From positions 248,001-312,000 of the forward strand of contig JAIVFI010000012.1 of assembly GCA_025558095.1 (NCBI GenBank): 64,000 nucleotides of DNA, written 5' to 3'. The position numbers were made by a program, and so were the translations under genes. The notes under the pieces are model-generated. The model saw only the letters and a program-made list of their open reading frames with translations. It did not search any database and was not told where the DNA came from. The stretch is from Hyaloraphidium curvatum SAG 235-1 (taxonomy: Eukaryota; Fungi; Monoblepharomycota). Below are positions 31,383 to 42,529 of the stretch, piece after piece; the first letter of the stretch is position 1; each line of letters starts with the position of its first letter.

Positions 31383-33923
31383 TCACCGCTCCCCGCTGAA
31401 CCCGCGCACCTTCACCGTCTTGGTCGCCCTGTCGCTCCTCCCGCACGCGTCGCGCACGACCAGGTCGATCTGGTAGAAGTAGTACTGCTCCGCCGTCGGC
31501 GCATGGTCCCCAACCACGAACGACCCCTGCCGCCCGCGCAGCCCGTCCACCTCCGAGTGCTGGTGGCAAAGGTACCCCTGGCAGTGCACCAGGACCACGT
31601 TCCACTCGAAGCTCGCGGCGGCGGTGATCTCGGTGCCGTCCCAGTTGGTCGCGCGGCCGGAGAACTGCACCGTCTGGCCGATGGCGGCCTCGGGGGCGCC
31701 GGTGGGGGCGGTGATCTGCACGTCCGGGAGGTAGGGCGCCTCGGGCCCGCAGTAGAGCCTCGCCGAGGCCCAGTCCAGGTGCGCGTTGTCGAAATCGAAC
31801 GGGTACCGCGCGGGATCGGGCCGGTTACCCACGAGGCGCAGGCCAGACCACCGCGTCAGGTTGGTGATCGAGATGCGCCACGCCGGGTCGCGCGCACGCA
31901 GCGGGGCCAGGCCCTGAGCCTGCCGCACGTCGGTGGTCGAGTAGAGCAGCCTGAGGCCGTTGCTCTGCCCGGTGCGCACGACGAACTCGGCCCATGCGGC
32001 CTGCTCGCCCCGCCCGATGTGGATCTCGTCGTCGATCCCCACGTCGGCCACAAACTTCCAGCACCGGCCCGCGGCGCCCAGGTTGAGGTCGATCACGCTG
32101 TAAGCCTTGGTTCCGAGCCCGGCTGTAAAGAACTCGCGGCCGACGGAGATGACCCTGCTGCGGCTGTTGGCCGAGTTGGGCGCCGGCCCGACCGAGGTGT
32201 CCATCCCGATGGGGCCCCATCCGCCGTTCATGGCCACGCTCAGGCGGGAGCGGGGGAAGTTGCCCTTGCTCAGCCACATCACCGTCTCCCACTGCTGCCC
32301 GTCGGGCTCCCTGGGCAGCGGCGAGACGCGGATGCGGTTGGGCGGGCTGCACAACGTGTTGACAGGGCCGGCGGCGCGCTTGGTCGTGGTCTGCTTGGGG
32401 CCCGACGTGATGGTCGGCGGGCGATACCCGCGCACCTCCAAGCGGCGGATGCGGCCGTTCGAGCCGCACCCGCGGCACTGCAGGACCATGTAGACATAGC
32501 CGTCAAAGGGCGAGGTGCGGAAGCTGACGATGTTGTCGGCGCCCTCGGCGAACACCTTGACGTCCCCCGGGTTGGCGGGGTTGACGGTCCACATGGTCCC
32601 GCGGGCGTAGTCGGTGAAGATGAAGTGGTTCGCCCACCCTCCCGGGAAGTAGGACGGGAGGATGACGCCGCCGATGCTGGCCGCGCTCGTGCCGTCGTGC
32701 GGGTAGACAAAGAGCACGTCTTCGAGGCGCACGCGCGGGTACCCGACGCTCTCGGCGCCCTCGTTGTAGATTCGCTGGCAGATGGGCATGTCCTGCGCGC
32801 CGTCGAGGGCGCGCGCGCGCGCCTCCCAGCAGGGGAAGCCGAGGTTGGACCCGCGGCGGATGCGCATCACCGATTCCCAAGTGAAGAAGCCGACCGTACC
32901 GCAGATGACCTCGCGCGTGGTGCCGGGCGGGTAGTGGGTGCACCGCCACGGCTGGCGCAGCCCGACGGCCCAGACCATGCTGCGGGCGCGGCGCACGCTG
33001 CCGTCGTAGAAGGGGTTGTCCGGCAGCCCGCGCAGCACGCCGTCGGGGGTGTTGGCCTCCATGCGGAGGATCTTGCCGCCGAGGAAGTTGACGTCCATGG
33101 ACAGGGCGCGGTCGGTGCGGGCGATGCCGCGCCAGTTCTCGCGCCAGTAGCTGCCTTCGAGCATCTGGCCCTCGCCGACCGAGGCCCAGAGCTTGCCGTC
33201 CGAGCCAAACCAGATGTCTCCGAGTGCGTGGGTGGTCCACACCATGGGGCTGCAGTCCTCGCCCCACCACGATTCCCTCATGAGGCTGCGCGTGCAGGCG
33301 CCAAAGACCACCCTCGGGCTGCCGACCACGACGTACGTGTCCTGCGCGGCGTCGTAGGCCAGCTCGTAGCGGTTGATCCGGTTGTACTTGATCTGGCACA
33401 TCTGGCCCAAAGATTGACAGCCCTTGTTGGGGTCGTCGACGTAGGCCACGTAGATGAACCCGCGGGCCGGGTTGCGCAGGAAGTCCGGGTGGACGGCCAT
33501 CGAAGTCAGCCCGCGGTCGCCCATTGCGGGCCGCACGCGCTCGGTGAGGTCGATGAACATGCGCCCGCGCTGGAACTGCCAGTCCCGCAGCAGCCATATG
33601 CGGCCCGACTTTGACGAGACGAGGGCGAAGCGCGGCGATATGAATTCGATGTCGGTGAGCCACGCGCCGAAGCCGGAGGCGACCTCGCGCACGGAGACGC
33701 CGGCCGGCATGCCGTACGGCCAGGCCGCGGAGGGGGCGACGAGGCTGAGCAGCGCGAGGAGCGCCAGCAGCGGCGGCGCCCAGAGGCCGACGGGTGCCGC
33801 ACGCAGGGGCAGCGCTGCCCGCTGCGGCCCATTGCCGCCGCAGGAACCGCCCGTCGGCGCCGTGTGGCAAGGGGACCGCGGGGCCGCCGGCGCCGGCGGG
33901 GCCGCCGCGCCGCCGAAACGCAT
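31383..33923 (-). CDS. Secreted PQQ-dependent glucose/sorbosone dehydrogenase-type beta-propeller + NPCBM/NEW2 domain + PKD-like domain
   Basis: DRGLTSMAVHPDF, FGSDGKLWASVGEG, GKILRM, DNPFY, AVGLRQPWR; NPCBM-like NGGWGPIGMDTSVG, FVADVGIDDE, DWASARL; C-terminal EWNVVLVHC...CHQH. Confidence 0.85.
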   Translation of the reverse strand: MRFGGAAAPPAPAAPRSPCHTAPTGGSCGGNGPQRAALPLRAAPVGLWAPPLLALLALLSLVAPSAAWPYGMPAGVSVREVASGFGAWLTDIEFISPRFALVSSKSGRIWLLRDWQFQRGRMFIDLTERVRPAMGDRGLTSMAVHPDFLRNPARGFIYVAYVDDPNKGCQSLGQMCQIKYNRINRYELAYDAAQDTYVVVGSPRVVFGACTRSLMRESWWGEDCSPMVWTTHALGDIWFGSDGKLWASVGEGQMLEGSYWRENWRGIARTDRALSMDVNFLGGKILRMEANTPDGVLRGLPDNPFYDGSVRRARSMVWAVGLRQPWRCTHYPPGTTREVICGTVGFFTWESVMRIRRGSNLGFPCWEARARALDGAQDMPICQRIYNEGAESVGYPRVRLEDVLFVYPHDGTSAASIGGVILPSYFPGGWANHFIFTDYARGTMWTVNPANPGDVKVFAEGADNIVSFRTSPFDGYVYMVLQCRGCGSNGRIRRLEVRGYRPPTITSGPKQTTTKRAAGPVNTLCSPPNRIRVSPLPREPDGQQWETVMWLSKGNFPRSRLSVAMNGGWGPIGMDTSVGPAPNSANSRSRVISVGREFFTAGLGTKAYSVIDLNLGAAGRCWKFVADVGIDDEIHIGRGEQAAWAEFVVRTGQSNGLRLLYSTTDVRQAQGLAPLRARDPAWRISITNLTRWSGLRLVGNRPDPARYPFDFDNAHLDWASARLYCGPEAPYLPDVQITAPTGAPEAAIGQTVQFSGRATNWDGTEITAAASFEWNVVLVHCQGYLCHQHSEVDGLRGRQGSFVVGDHAPTAEQYYFYQIDLVVRDACGRSDRATKTVKVRGFSGER

Positions 33924-34307
33924 CGCGCCGTCTCGCACAGACGGGGCCCGGCCCGCCCGAGTTTAATGCGCCGGCGGGGGCCGGCTGTCGCGATGAGCGA
34001 GTCACCGGGGGTCCCGCGCCGCCGTTGACTCAAGCCGGGCAGAAACTCGCTGCGGTCGGTGAAGAAACGGGGGTTCAGGCTCGGGCTGGTGGGGGGTTCT
34101 GCGCGTCCCAAAAGAGGCGACCACTGTCACTGCGCACCGCCGGCAGCATCACCCAAGGCCGGGAGGAGCCGAATGGTCTGGACACGCTTCCTGTGACACC
34201 CAGTGTACCGTTCTGTGCATGGCGTCCCATTGAGGTCAAGACATCCGGAATCAACTGACTCATCACCCTCAAGAGCCCGAACCGAAAGAAGCACTCCAAC
34301 CAAAGAC

Positions 34308-34948
34308 TCAATCGTGCATCTCGTGGATCACCAGGAACATGGGCTCGCAGGTCCGTCCGGTGCCGAGCACCCGCTGCTCGACCCTGGGCCTGCTAAGCCT
34401 GTCGGGGCGTCCCATCCGGGCCGGCGCCAGGGCGTCCAGGTGGAGCCGCGCCATGGCGCTCTTGAGCACCTCCTTCTCGGCGTCCGAGATGGTGACCATC
34501 TCGTTCTTGAGCAGCAGCATCGTCGTCGAACCGATGGAAGCCCCCTCGTTGCCCGTGGCGGCACCGCGCTGGTACCGGGCAGCCTCAGGACCCACGTGAA
34601 CCACTGTGTCTGGCCGTCCGGAAGGACCTGCTGAATCTCGTCGTAGACCTCGACGCCGAAGATGTCCTTGAACATGTCGTGCGGGGCGTAGAACACCTCC
34701 TCGAACTCGAGCTCCGCGTCCGGCCGCGAGAGCTCGTCCTTCAGGTACGAAAGGAACAGCCGGTCCAGGATCGCGTCGACCAGCTCGGGCGGGAAGGGGA
34801 ACTCCCAGGGCTTCCTGCGGAGAGAGACCATGCGGAGGACGCCAACTGCGCCTAGGCACTTTTCGTAGGCCGCACAGTGACGCGCTGCCTGTGCGGCGTC
34901 GACACGGAAGCCGTAAACAAGCATTCCGCCGGATGAGAAGCCGCCCAT
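34308..34948 (-). CDS. Hypothetical protein with F-box-like motif; apparent 1-bp frameshift near 34575
   Basis: FPPELVDAILDRL. Similarity to the neighbouring gene continues in the alternative frame (ISDAEKEVLKSAMARLHLDAL...EPMFLV). Confidence 0.6.
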
Positions 34949-35069
34949 TGCGGTGGCGAGGGCCTTTGAACGAGGGGGCGGCGTGGACCGTAGACGGGGG
35001 TGAGTCACACAACACCGACTCAGATCATCTTCCTCCCGCGCCGTTCGGGCCGCCCTCCCCCACGCCGCT

Positions 35070-35888
35070 ATGCAGTTCGCCCCGCACTCCTCCCTCAGCG
35101 TGCTCTACGGCTTCCGCGCCGAGTCACGGCCGCTCTGCGTGCGCCTGAAGCTGCTCTCGGACCTGACCCCGCAAATCGCGGTCCTCCGGCTGGGCCAGCG
35201 CAGCGGCAAGGGCCCCCTGGGCAAGCTGAGCCCGGACATTATCGACAACATCGTGGACCACCTCCTGGACGCGGCGCAGCGAGACGCCTTCCCCGACGAG
35301 TCGGACCTGTGGACCGAGCACCTTCCCAAGAAGTGGGACCCGGACCGCTACGGCTCCGAGGACAAGCTCGACGCCTTCATCGGGTCCCGCTTCGGCGTCG
35401 GCGTCCGCCGCATGTTCAGCGACATCGAGCCCTTCGGCATGTGGCTCGTCACGCTGCCGCGCCACGCCAACTACGGAACATGGGCGGAGGGCACGGGCTA
35501 CTCGGATCCGCAGGCGTACGTCGTGGGGTTTCCCGAGGGGTACTTTGACGTCTCGCCCGAGGAGGAGGCACGGCTGCGAACCTGCGCGAGGAGGCTCCGC
35601 GCTCCGGCGCTCGAGATCGACGGCAACGGAAGGGTGGAGACGAGGCCCGGGTGGGCGGAGCCGGGGTGGTGGATGCTGCTGAGCAACAGCGTCGGGCCGA
35701 TCGACGGGGAGGACGAGGAGGGGGAGGAGGAAGGCGGGCGGGAGGGTGAGTCGGCCGGTGGCGACGGAGATGGGTCGACAGGCGAGGGGACGACGGACGA
35801 CGACGACAGCTGGTACACGACGGATGGATCTGAAGGGGATGAGGTGGAGGAGAGGACGGAAGGGAAGGCTGGCGGCGATCAGGCGTAG
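35070..35888 (+). CDS. Hypothetical protein with F-box-like motif and acidic tail (distant paralog of 34308-34948)
   Basis: VLYGFR, KLSPDIIDNIVDHL and D/E-rich C-terminus; strong GC3 codon bias. Confidence 0.7.
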   Translation: MQFAPHSSLSVLYGFRAESRPLCVRLKLLSDLTPQIAVLRLGQRSGKGPLGKLSPDIIDNIVDHLLDAAQRDAFPDESDLWTEHLPKKWDPDRYGSEDKLDAFIGSRFGVGVRRMFSDIEPFGMWLVTLPRHANYGTWAEGTGYSDPQAYVVGFPEGYFDVSPEEEARLRTCARRLRAPALEIDGNGRVETRPGWAEPGWWMLLSNSVGPIDGEDEEGEEEGGREGESAGGDGDGSTGEGTTDDDDSWYTTDGSEGDEVEERTEGKAGGDQA

Positions 35889-36241
35889 GGCAATCTTGGC
35901 GTGCTGCGTCACTTCACTGTTTCATGCGACGTGGAGATGTCTTTCGAGACTATTGCTCGTACCAACAGATTTGGATTCTGAATGTTACAATAGGCGAACG
36001 CTGGCAACTCCTTCCGATGGTAGCGCTCGCGACGAGTTTGTTCCGGGGGCATTCGGTGCGTCAAGTTCGCCAGGCTTTCGCAGCGTTCCTCTCTCCTACT
36101 CGGTCATTCGCTCCTGCACCGGGCGAGCTCCGCGCGGCGGCAAACCACAACAGATATTCGGCGCGTCGTCCTTCGCCAGCGCGCTCGCGCCGCTCGAAGA
36201 AGCTTGCTGGCTGCCAAAACCCCGTTCGGACATCCGGCGCC

Positions 36242-37200
36242 ATGGCGGAGGGACCGGTCCGCTCCATCCCATGCCTGTCGTTGAACCTGACCGAGTACCG
36301 ACCTGACGGCACCGAGGACATTTCGTCGATAGTGCGTGCGCTCGCCGCCGCAGCGGAGAGCGACCCGGCCGTGCGCGCGGCAGTCCGCAGGTTTCACGAG
36401 CAGCTGGATGGGGCAGAACCGACCTCCGTGAAGTTGTGCCGGGCCGTCCTCGCTCATTGCGTGCGGGCAGGGCTGAAGCCGCACGACTACCGGATCGTGG
36501 CACAGGAGGTCGGAACGTTGGTCCTCTGGCGGACTTGCGACACCAAGGGAAACAACAGACGGTTGAGCAAGGAAGTTCCCGGCATGCCGGATCTGCAGTG
36601 GACGTGCGGTGGAATCCACAAGCTCGCGGGTCCGGTGCTGTCGGAACGTATTCGGCAGCTACGGATTGTCGACCCCAACCTGCCGCCCAGAATGGAGCCG
36701 GAGGACTTCGCCTTCGTGCAGTTCGCGATCCTCGTGCTCGAGAAGCAGGTGGTTCGCTATGTGCTCAGGCAGAGGGTGCTGCCTGAGAGTGATCCCCCGA
36801 CCGATCCGGCGTTGACCGGAGCCCGTGCGTTGCTTGCGGAAAGCGCACAACGAAGCTGCACACGCTCGTTTTCCATTCACCCGGTGTTGACGAAGATCTC
36901 TTTCGTATTCTCTACACCGCGGTCGCACCCGATTGCGGAAGCCCGCGCTGCTCCAAACTCGCTTCGCGGTTCCTCCACAAAGCATTTGCGGCTATATCCG
37001 AGCTGAGCCCCGCCGTCAAGCAGCGCACGTGCCGTGCATGCGCCGCGTTATTGCCAATGTCGGAGCTGCGTCGGTGCAGCAGGTGCAAGGCGGTCGTCTA
37101 CTGCTCGCCCGAGTGCCAGCGCGCGGATTGGGGCAAGCACAAGGTCAATTGTCGCCCGACGAGCAGCGCTGGTGAGCAGAGTGAAGGGAAGGCTGAGTGA
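36242..37200 (+). CDS. MYND zinc-finger protein; apparent 1-bp frameshift near 36822
   Basis: Second frame reads PCVACGK...DCGSPRC...CRACAALLPMSELRRCSRCKAVVYCSPECQRADWGKHKVNC, a canonical MYND finger, with stop at 37200. Missed by the ORF track. Confidence 0.8.
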
Positions 37201-37332
37201 TCATGGCCCTCCTTGCCAACAGGTGAGCGCTAGTGTGACAGTCGGCAGCTCAAACTGACGGATCTGTCGAGACAGGTCGGCACGACAGCGTAAAAGAGAT
37301 CGATATCGATTGCCACCGCGTGTAGTTCACAA

Positions 37333-38109
37333 TCAATCCTCCGTGAGGTTCTCGAGCACCTCGTTCTCTTCCTCGTCGTCCGACAGGTCCAGCTCTCCGA
37401 GCTCCTCCTCGTCGAAGAGCTCCATGTCCACGGCGACGTCGCCAGCCTCCATGAACTGCGAGTCCGAGACCGCGAGGCCCCTATTCTGCTCGAACAGCTG
37501 CTTCCCCGTGAGCTTGGCCGCGACCTTCACTTGCGCCGCGGGGAGCCACACCAAGTCCGACCTCCCTTGCGCCGCCATCTCCTTCTCGAACGCCTTTTTC
37601 CAGGCCGCGAAGGATTCCGAGGTCACCTTGGTCCCCTCCTTCCGCCTCTTCTCCTCCTCCTCCTCCCTCGCAAGCCGCTCGACGCGTTCCTGCTCCGCTG
37701 CCTCTTTCCGCGAGGTGATCAGGCCTTCCAAGCCCTCCTTGGCTGCCTCTGTCACGAAGAACACCAGCGGGGCGCCCAAGTTCTCGTCCGCCGCGGCCCG
37801 CAGCGCCGCCAGCAGCTCTGTCGCCTCGTCCTCGTCAATCCCGTCGGCATCCTCGATTTCCATCGCGGGCGGCTCCTCGGGATACCGCTCCGGGAACTCG
37901 ATCCTCAGCCAATAGTGCGCCGGCCCGTCGCCGGCCTCCTCGGGGTCCTTTGCCCGGCGCGCCTCGAGCGCACGGACGGCATCGTCGAAGCCCTCGGGCG
38001 CGATGCGGATCCGGAAGGCCGGCGGCGCGTCCGAGACGCGTTCGAACGAGTCGTAGTAGATGGACTCGAGGGCCTCGATCTCCTGCGCCTGCTCCTCGGC
38101 GTGGTCCAT
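37333..38109 (-). CDS. GIR2: RWD-domain protein GIR2/RWDD1 (DFRP2)
   Basis: EEQAQEIEALESIY, FPERYPEEPP, ENLG, GTKVTSESFAAWK and KLTGKQLFE. Confidence 0.92.
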   Translation of the reverse strand: MDHAEEQAQEIEALESIYYDSFERVSDAPPAFRIRIAPEGFDDAVRALEARRAKDPEEAGDGPAHYWLRIEFPERYPEEPPAMEIEDADGIDEDEATELLAALRAAADENLGAPLVFFVTEAAKEGLEGLITSRKEAAEQERVERLAREEEEEKRRKEGTKVTSESFAAWKKAFEKEMAAQGRSDLVWLPAAQVKVAAKLTGKQLFEQNRGLAVSDSQFMEAGDVAVDMELFDEEELGELDLSDDEEENEVLENLTED

Positions 38110-38324
38110 CGCGGCGGGCAACTCGTGGGGCCCGTGAGGTCGACGACAAAGAATGCTGCTCAAGCGCGCCTCGACGGCAATTCACTGCCGAGGATGCCGG
38201 CGAATACGCGACGGGAGAGTTGAGGTCGGGCTGTAAACAAAGCGACGCCATTCGCTTGCCGCCTCGAGCAAAGGCTCTATAGTCCACGTTTCCATGCAAA
38301 AGAGCCACTCCGCCACTGCCTGCC

Positions 38325-40053
38325 CTATATCTTCTTTACCAACTTCCAACCCGTCGCCCGCATCCGCAGGATGACGATCATCAGCGAACCCACGAGCTGG
38401 GTGAAGCCGGCGTACATCATCAGAGGGATGTAGTCGAAATGCGTGGTCCCGTCCGGCAGGACGACGGCGGTCGTGGTGAGGATGGCACCAGCAATAGGTG
38501 CGCCGGCAAGGTTACCAGGGAGAGTTGCCGTGAATCTTTACATTATTGGGGAGTGAGTGAGGCTTCGCCTGGAAACCGGAAGATCGACGAGACCCACGTG
38601 GCTCCCATCCGCGCTCCGAGATTGCCCATCCCGAAGAGGGTTGCGACGATGGTCGGGAACAGCGAAATGAACCCGCCGCTGAAGAACCCGTACAGGATGG
38701 AGAAGAGGAGGAGGACGCCGAACGAGGTCGCAAAGGGCCAAATCAGCAGCACGAACAGCGGCGTGAGGGAGAGGCAGATGGTGTAGGAGTTGACGTGGCC
38801 GAGCCGGTCGGCGAATGCGCCGATGAGGATGCGGCCGACGGCGGAGGCGCCGTTGCTCAGGCCGAGGGCCAGTGATCCCTGCGTGCCGGTCATGCCCGCG
38901 TTCGTAGCGTAACTCGGAAGAAATGTGAACGGGGTGAAGAAGCCTAGCTGTTGGAAGAAGAAGGAGGCGTAGAGCTGCGTAGGAGGTGCGGTATTCAGCG
39001 CCGGTACCCAAGGAGTGCGCAAGAGCGAAATCTCACCAAGCAGAACTTGTAGTCCTTGAAGTAGTTGAGATCAAAGAACTTCTGCTTCGACTTGATCGGC
39101 GTGAACCGCGGCTTAAGGAAGAGGGCGCTCGGGAAGATGATCCCGCCCGCCACGATCCCCGTGATCCGGAGCGCCCAGTTCCACCCGTAGCGGTCGACGA
39201 GCGCCTGCGTCATTGGCCCAACCAGAAGCCCTCCGACGCCTCCCCCGGCCACGGCGACGCCAATGGCCAGCCCGCGGTGCTTGTGGAACCACTGCGCCGG
39301 CACCGTGACGACGCTGAAGTAGCAGAAGCCGGCGCCGATGCCGTAGAGCAGCCCCTGGGTGAGGAAGAGCATCCAGAGCTGCGTGGAGAAGCTGGCGAGC
39401 ACGTAGCCGACGGTGATGAAAGAGCCGCCGATGAGGCACGTTATGCGCTGGCCCAGCGTGTCTGCGAGGCGCCCGGTGAAGGGTCCAATCAAAGTCTGCG
39501 TGCCCATGGCCAGTGAGCCGATCCACGAGAGTTGGAACTGCGTGGCGCCCGGGAACACGTTGCCGTAGAAGTAGGTCCTCTGGTAGACGCCAAACCCGTA
39601 CATCAATCCGAGACCCCAGACGAAGATGAGGAAGCACGCCGTGACGACGACCCATCCGAAGTAACCGTCCGGAAAGTCCTCCGGCTTGGCATCGACCATG
39701 GTGACCCCGTGCGGCTTCTCCAGCGACTTTTTCCATGCCGCCGCGAACGACAGCTTCTCCGCAGGCGGCGGCGCTTCCATGGCATCCGCAGCGCCCTTCG
39801 CCTTGTCCGGCCCGGCGTCGTCGCCCAAGTCCACGACCGTGTCCGACTCTTCCTTCGTCGTGCCGCTGCCGCTGTCGGACGCGCCGGAAGGCTGCGGCCG
39901 GTCGGCCTCCGTGGGAGATGGCAGGGCGGCGGCTTCCAGTGTGGTGGGGAAGTCCTGCGGCGCTGCCGGCTCCGGCGCCATCCCCGCCCCAACGGACGCC
40001 CCCTGAGGCAGTTCGGGCGGCGCGGGACCCCGATCCGAGTCCGTCGAGGCCAT
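38325..40053 (-). CDS. MFS monocarboxylate-porter (MCT/MCH) family transporter, 3 exons
   Basis: PDGYFGWVVV, GRLADTLG, QWFHKHRGLAIG, GRILIGAFADRLG; last exon ...GAPIAGAIL...KLVKKI* with stop at 38325. Confidence 0.92.
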
Positions 40054-41421
40054 TTCCGCGGTCGGTTGGGCGCGTGGGGTCGCGGAAACGGTCGTTGGAG
40101 CCGGCGCAACGTTCACCCGGCGGCGTCGAAGATCAAATTTGCCGCCCCCTGCGGCATCACGCAATCGAGTCGACCTGGGGACGGTGTGCGCCTGCGTGAC
40201 GCGGACATGCTATTCTTCGGACGAGATCAACGTTCGATGCGGATGCAATCACAGGGGATCGTTGCGGTGCGCCGCAATGCTCGGGGGATGCAAAGAAGTA
40301 TCTACTTCAAAGATTCCTAGACTACTTCCCAATCGCACAAGTCTTGTGAAGATGATTATCAAACTCTGTGCCACTACTGCTCACGGGGCGGCCTCGTTCG
40401 CCGGCAGCGCCTCCTGACCGGCGGCAGGACCGGGTTGGGCCGCAGTACCGGCGGGCGGGTACGGCAGCACGACGCCCGTGCCTTGGGCGAGGGCAGCCAC
40501 GTTTGCGTTCGTCTGCCGGACGGATCCAGGTGAGTGCCTGCGCTTGAGTCCGATGTCGTGGCGCCGACCTGGCGCAGCTCGCCTTCCAGGCGCTCCACAG
40601 CCTGCTGGAGCCTGTTCATCCAGGGCTCCAAGACCTTTAAGCGGTTTGAGCAAATGGGTTGGGGCCGTAAGCGTTGCAGGCTCACCCGGGCAACCTCGAT
40701 GCCGACCTGCTCCGCCACCTCCCGCCGCATCACCGCGAGGAACTCTTGATGCGAGCCCGCTGCAGTATTCGTGAACTTTAGCTTGAGCTTGGGGCTGGTC
40801 CGGAGGTTGCGACGGGGCGCCGACGACGCACCGCTGCCCGCCGAACCTGCGGAGGACGGCGGCTGCAGGCCCCCGGCGCCGTGAGGGTGACCATTGTGGT
40901 GCTGGCAACCGCTGTGAGCGCGTTTCCTACAGGTTCCAGGGGGCCGCGCTCACTTCGACGTTCTCCATTCTAGTGGAAGGTTGTGCGGGAGGGAGTTGTG
41001 GAGTGATCTGGTGGTGCCGTCCCCCTTGCTGCGCCAGCTGTCCCGGACCGGGGTCCAGCTTCCTTCCCACATGAAAGCAAGACAAGGGAATGAATCCTGG
41101 ATTGTTGCATCGTGCTAATTGGGAATGCCACTGCGGGATGGATGGGGTACAATGTCTTGAAGAGGGATGGGGATGGGGGTTGCGGCCAAACGCAGCCCCG
41201 ATGAGCGGACTGCGGCCAGTATACCAGGCAGACTGCACATCAAAGCTGATTAAGTTCATCCTCCTTCTCATGCTTTTCAGATGATTGGATGCGCCTTTGC
41301 TTAATCCGGCGAAGTTAGGGGCCTGCCGTCCCACGACACCTGGCACTTTGCACCCCCTCCCCCTCCCCTTAGCACCGCCAACTGTGCTCATCCTCCCCGC
41401 ACCACGAACCCATTCGAACCA

Positions 41422-42306
41422 ATGAGCGCGACCAGGCGGCGCGGCGGCGGGTCGCGCACCATCGCGCGGGGCGGCGAGCAGCAGACCCAGACCGCCGTGC
41501 AGGTCCAGACCCCCGCCACGGCGTCGGACGAGCGCGTTTACCTGGACGTGCCTTTCGAGGAAAAAGATCTTGCAAAGAGGCGCGGAGCCAAGTGGGACCC
41601 CGAGCGGCGGCAGTGGTACGTCCCGGCCGGCGTGGACCCGGCGCGGCTGGAGCACTGGTTCCCGGGCGGGCGCGGGAGGAGCCTGCGGGACGGCGACGCG
41701 GCGGACACCAACCAGGGCGGCGGCAGCAGCAGGGGGCGCGGAGGCGGCAGGGGCGGCCGGGGGCGCGGCACAAACACCGAGGGGCAGCGGGCGCCCACGC
41801 GCCGCGGCGGCTCCTCCGGCGGCGGCTCCAACGTGCACGGCTTCTCCTCGCGCGGCCCGCGCCCGCTGTTCCCCTCCTCGTCGGGCAGCGGCCGCCCTGT
41901 AGATGACGCTGAGGCGCTGCGCAACGCACGGCTGGCGCGGTTCGGCGGGCAGCAGGTGCAGCAGGAGGTGCGGGGCGACGCGGAGATGCAGGACGGGTGG
42001 GGCTCGGACGAAGAAGACGACCTCTCGGACGACGGCATGCCGGCGCCCGCGCCGCGCGGCAACCCCTCCCCTCCCTCGGCCCGCCGTCCCGCTCGCGCCG
42101 AAGCGGAGGACGACTCGGACGAGGAGCTCTCGGACGGCGTGCTCGCCCCGCGGCTTCCCCGGGGGCAGCACCCCTCCCCCTCGAGCAAGGCGGCCGACAG
42201 CAAGGGCAAGGGCAAGGGCAAGGCGGAGGAGGCGATCGAGGTCGACGAGGGTTCGGACAGCGACCTCTCCGAATCGGCGCTGGCGCCCAGGCCGAGGAGG
42301 CGTTGA
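41422..42306 (+). CDS. DUF5710-domain protein with RGG-rich and acidic disordered regions
   Basis: RVYLDVPFEEKDLAKRRGAKWDPERRQWYVP matches the DUF5710 pattern; followed by RGRGGGRGGRGRG. Confidence 0.8.
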   Translation: MSATRRRGGGSRTIARGGEQQTQTAVQVQTPATASDERVYLDVPFEEKDLAKRRGAKWDPERRQWYVPAGVDPARLEHWFPGGRGRSLRDGDAADTNQGGGSSRGRGGGRGGRGRGTNTEGQRAPTRRGGSSGGGSNVHGFSSRGPRPLFPSSSGSGRPVDDAEALRNARLARFGGQQVQQEVRGDAEMQDGWGSDEEDDLSDDGMPAPAPRGNPSPPSARRPARAEAEDDSDEELSDGVLAPRLPRGQHPSPSSKAADSKGKGKGKAEEAIEVDEGSDSDLSESALAPRPRRR

Positions 42307-42529
42307 AGGATCTTCGGGGAGCGGACACTTTTGCGGCGAGATCGATCCCGGCATGGTAGCGGGGCATTCATTCATCCTGTAGGCATACATCTTTGGCGAT
42401 TTTCATTGAGCGAGCGAGTCAGCATGTGCGTGGCAAATGGCGGCCAGCGCGTCCCGGAAGTTGGCGCTCCGCCGCACGTCCAACTCTCCACCGCCCGCGC
42501 AGTGAATCCACCGTCCGACCGCCGCAACC

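Noticed and set aside
31329-33614. Very long antisense or shadow ORFs (e.g. 31329-33614 +, 14086-15876 -, 58893-60854 -, 2343-4022 +)
   Set aside because: They overlap genes with clear family motifs, are Arg/Gly/Pro/Ala-rich and are expected from high GC3 with few stops in alternative frames.
40374-41000. Short minus-strand ORFs with a coiled-coil-like stretch
   Set aside because: No recognisable motif and no convincing splice model; possibly a degraded gene.
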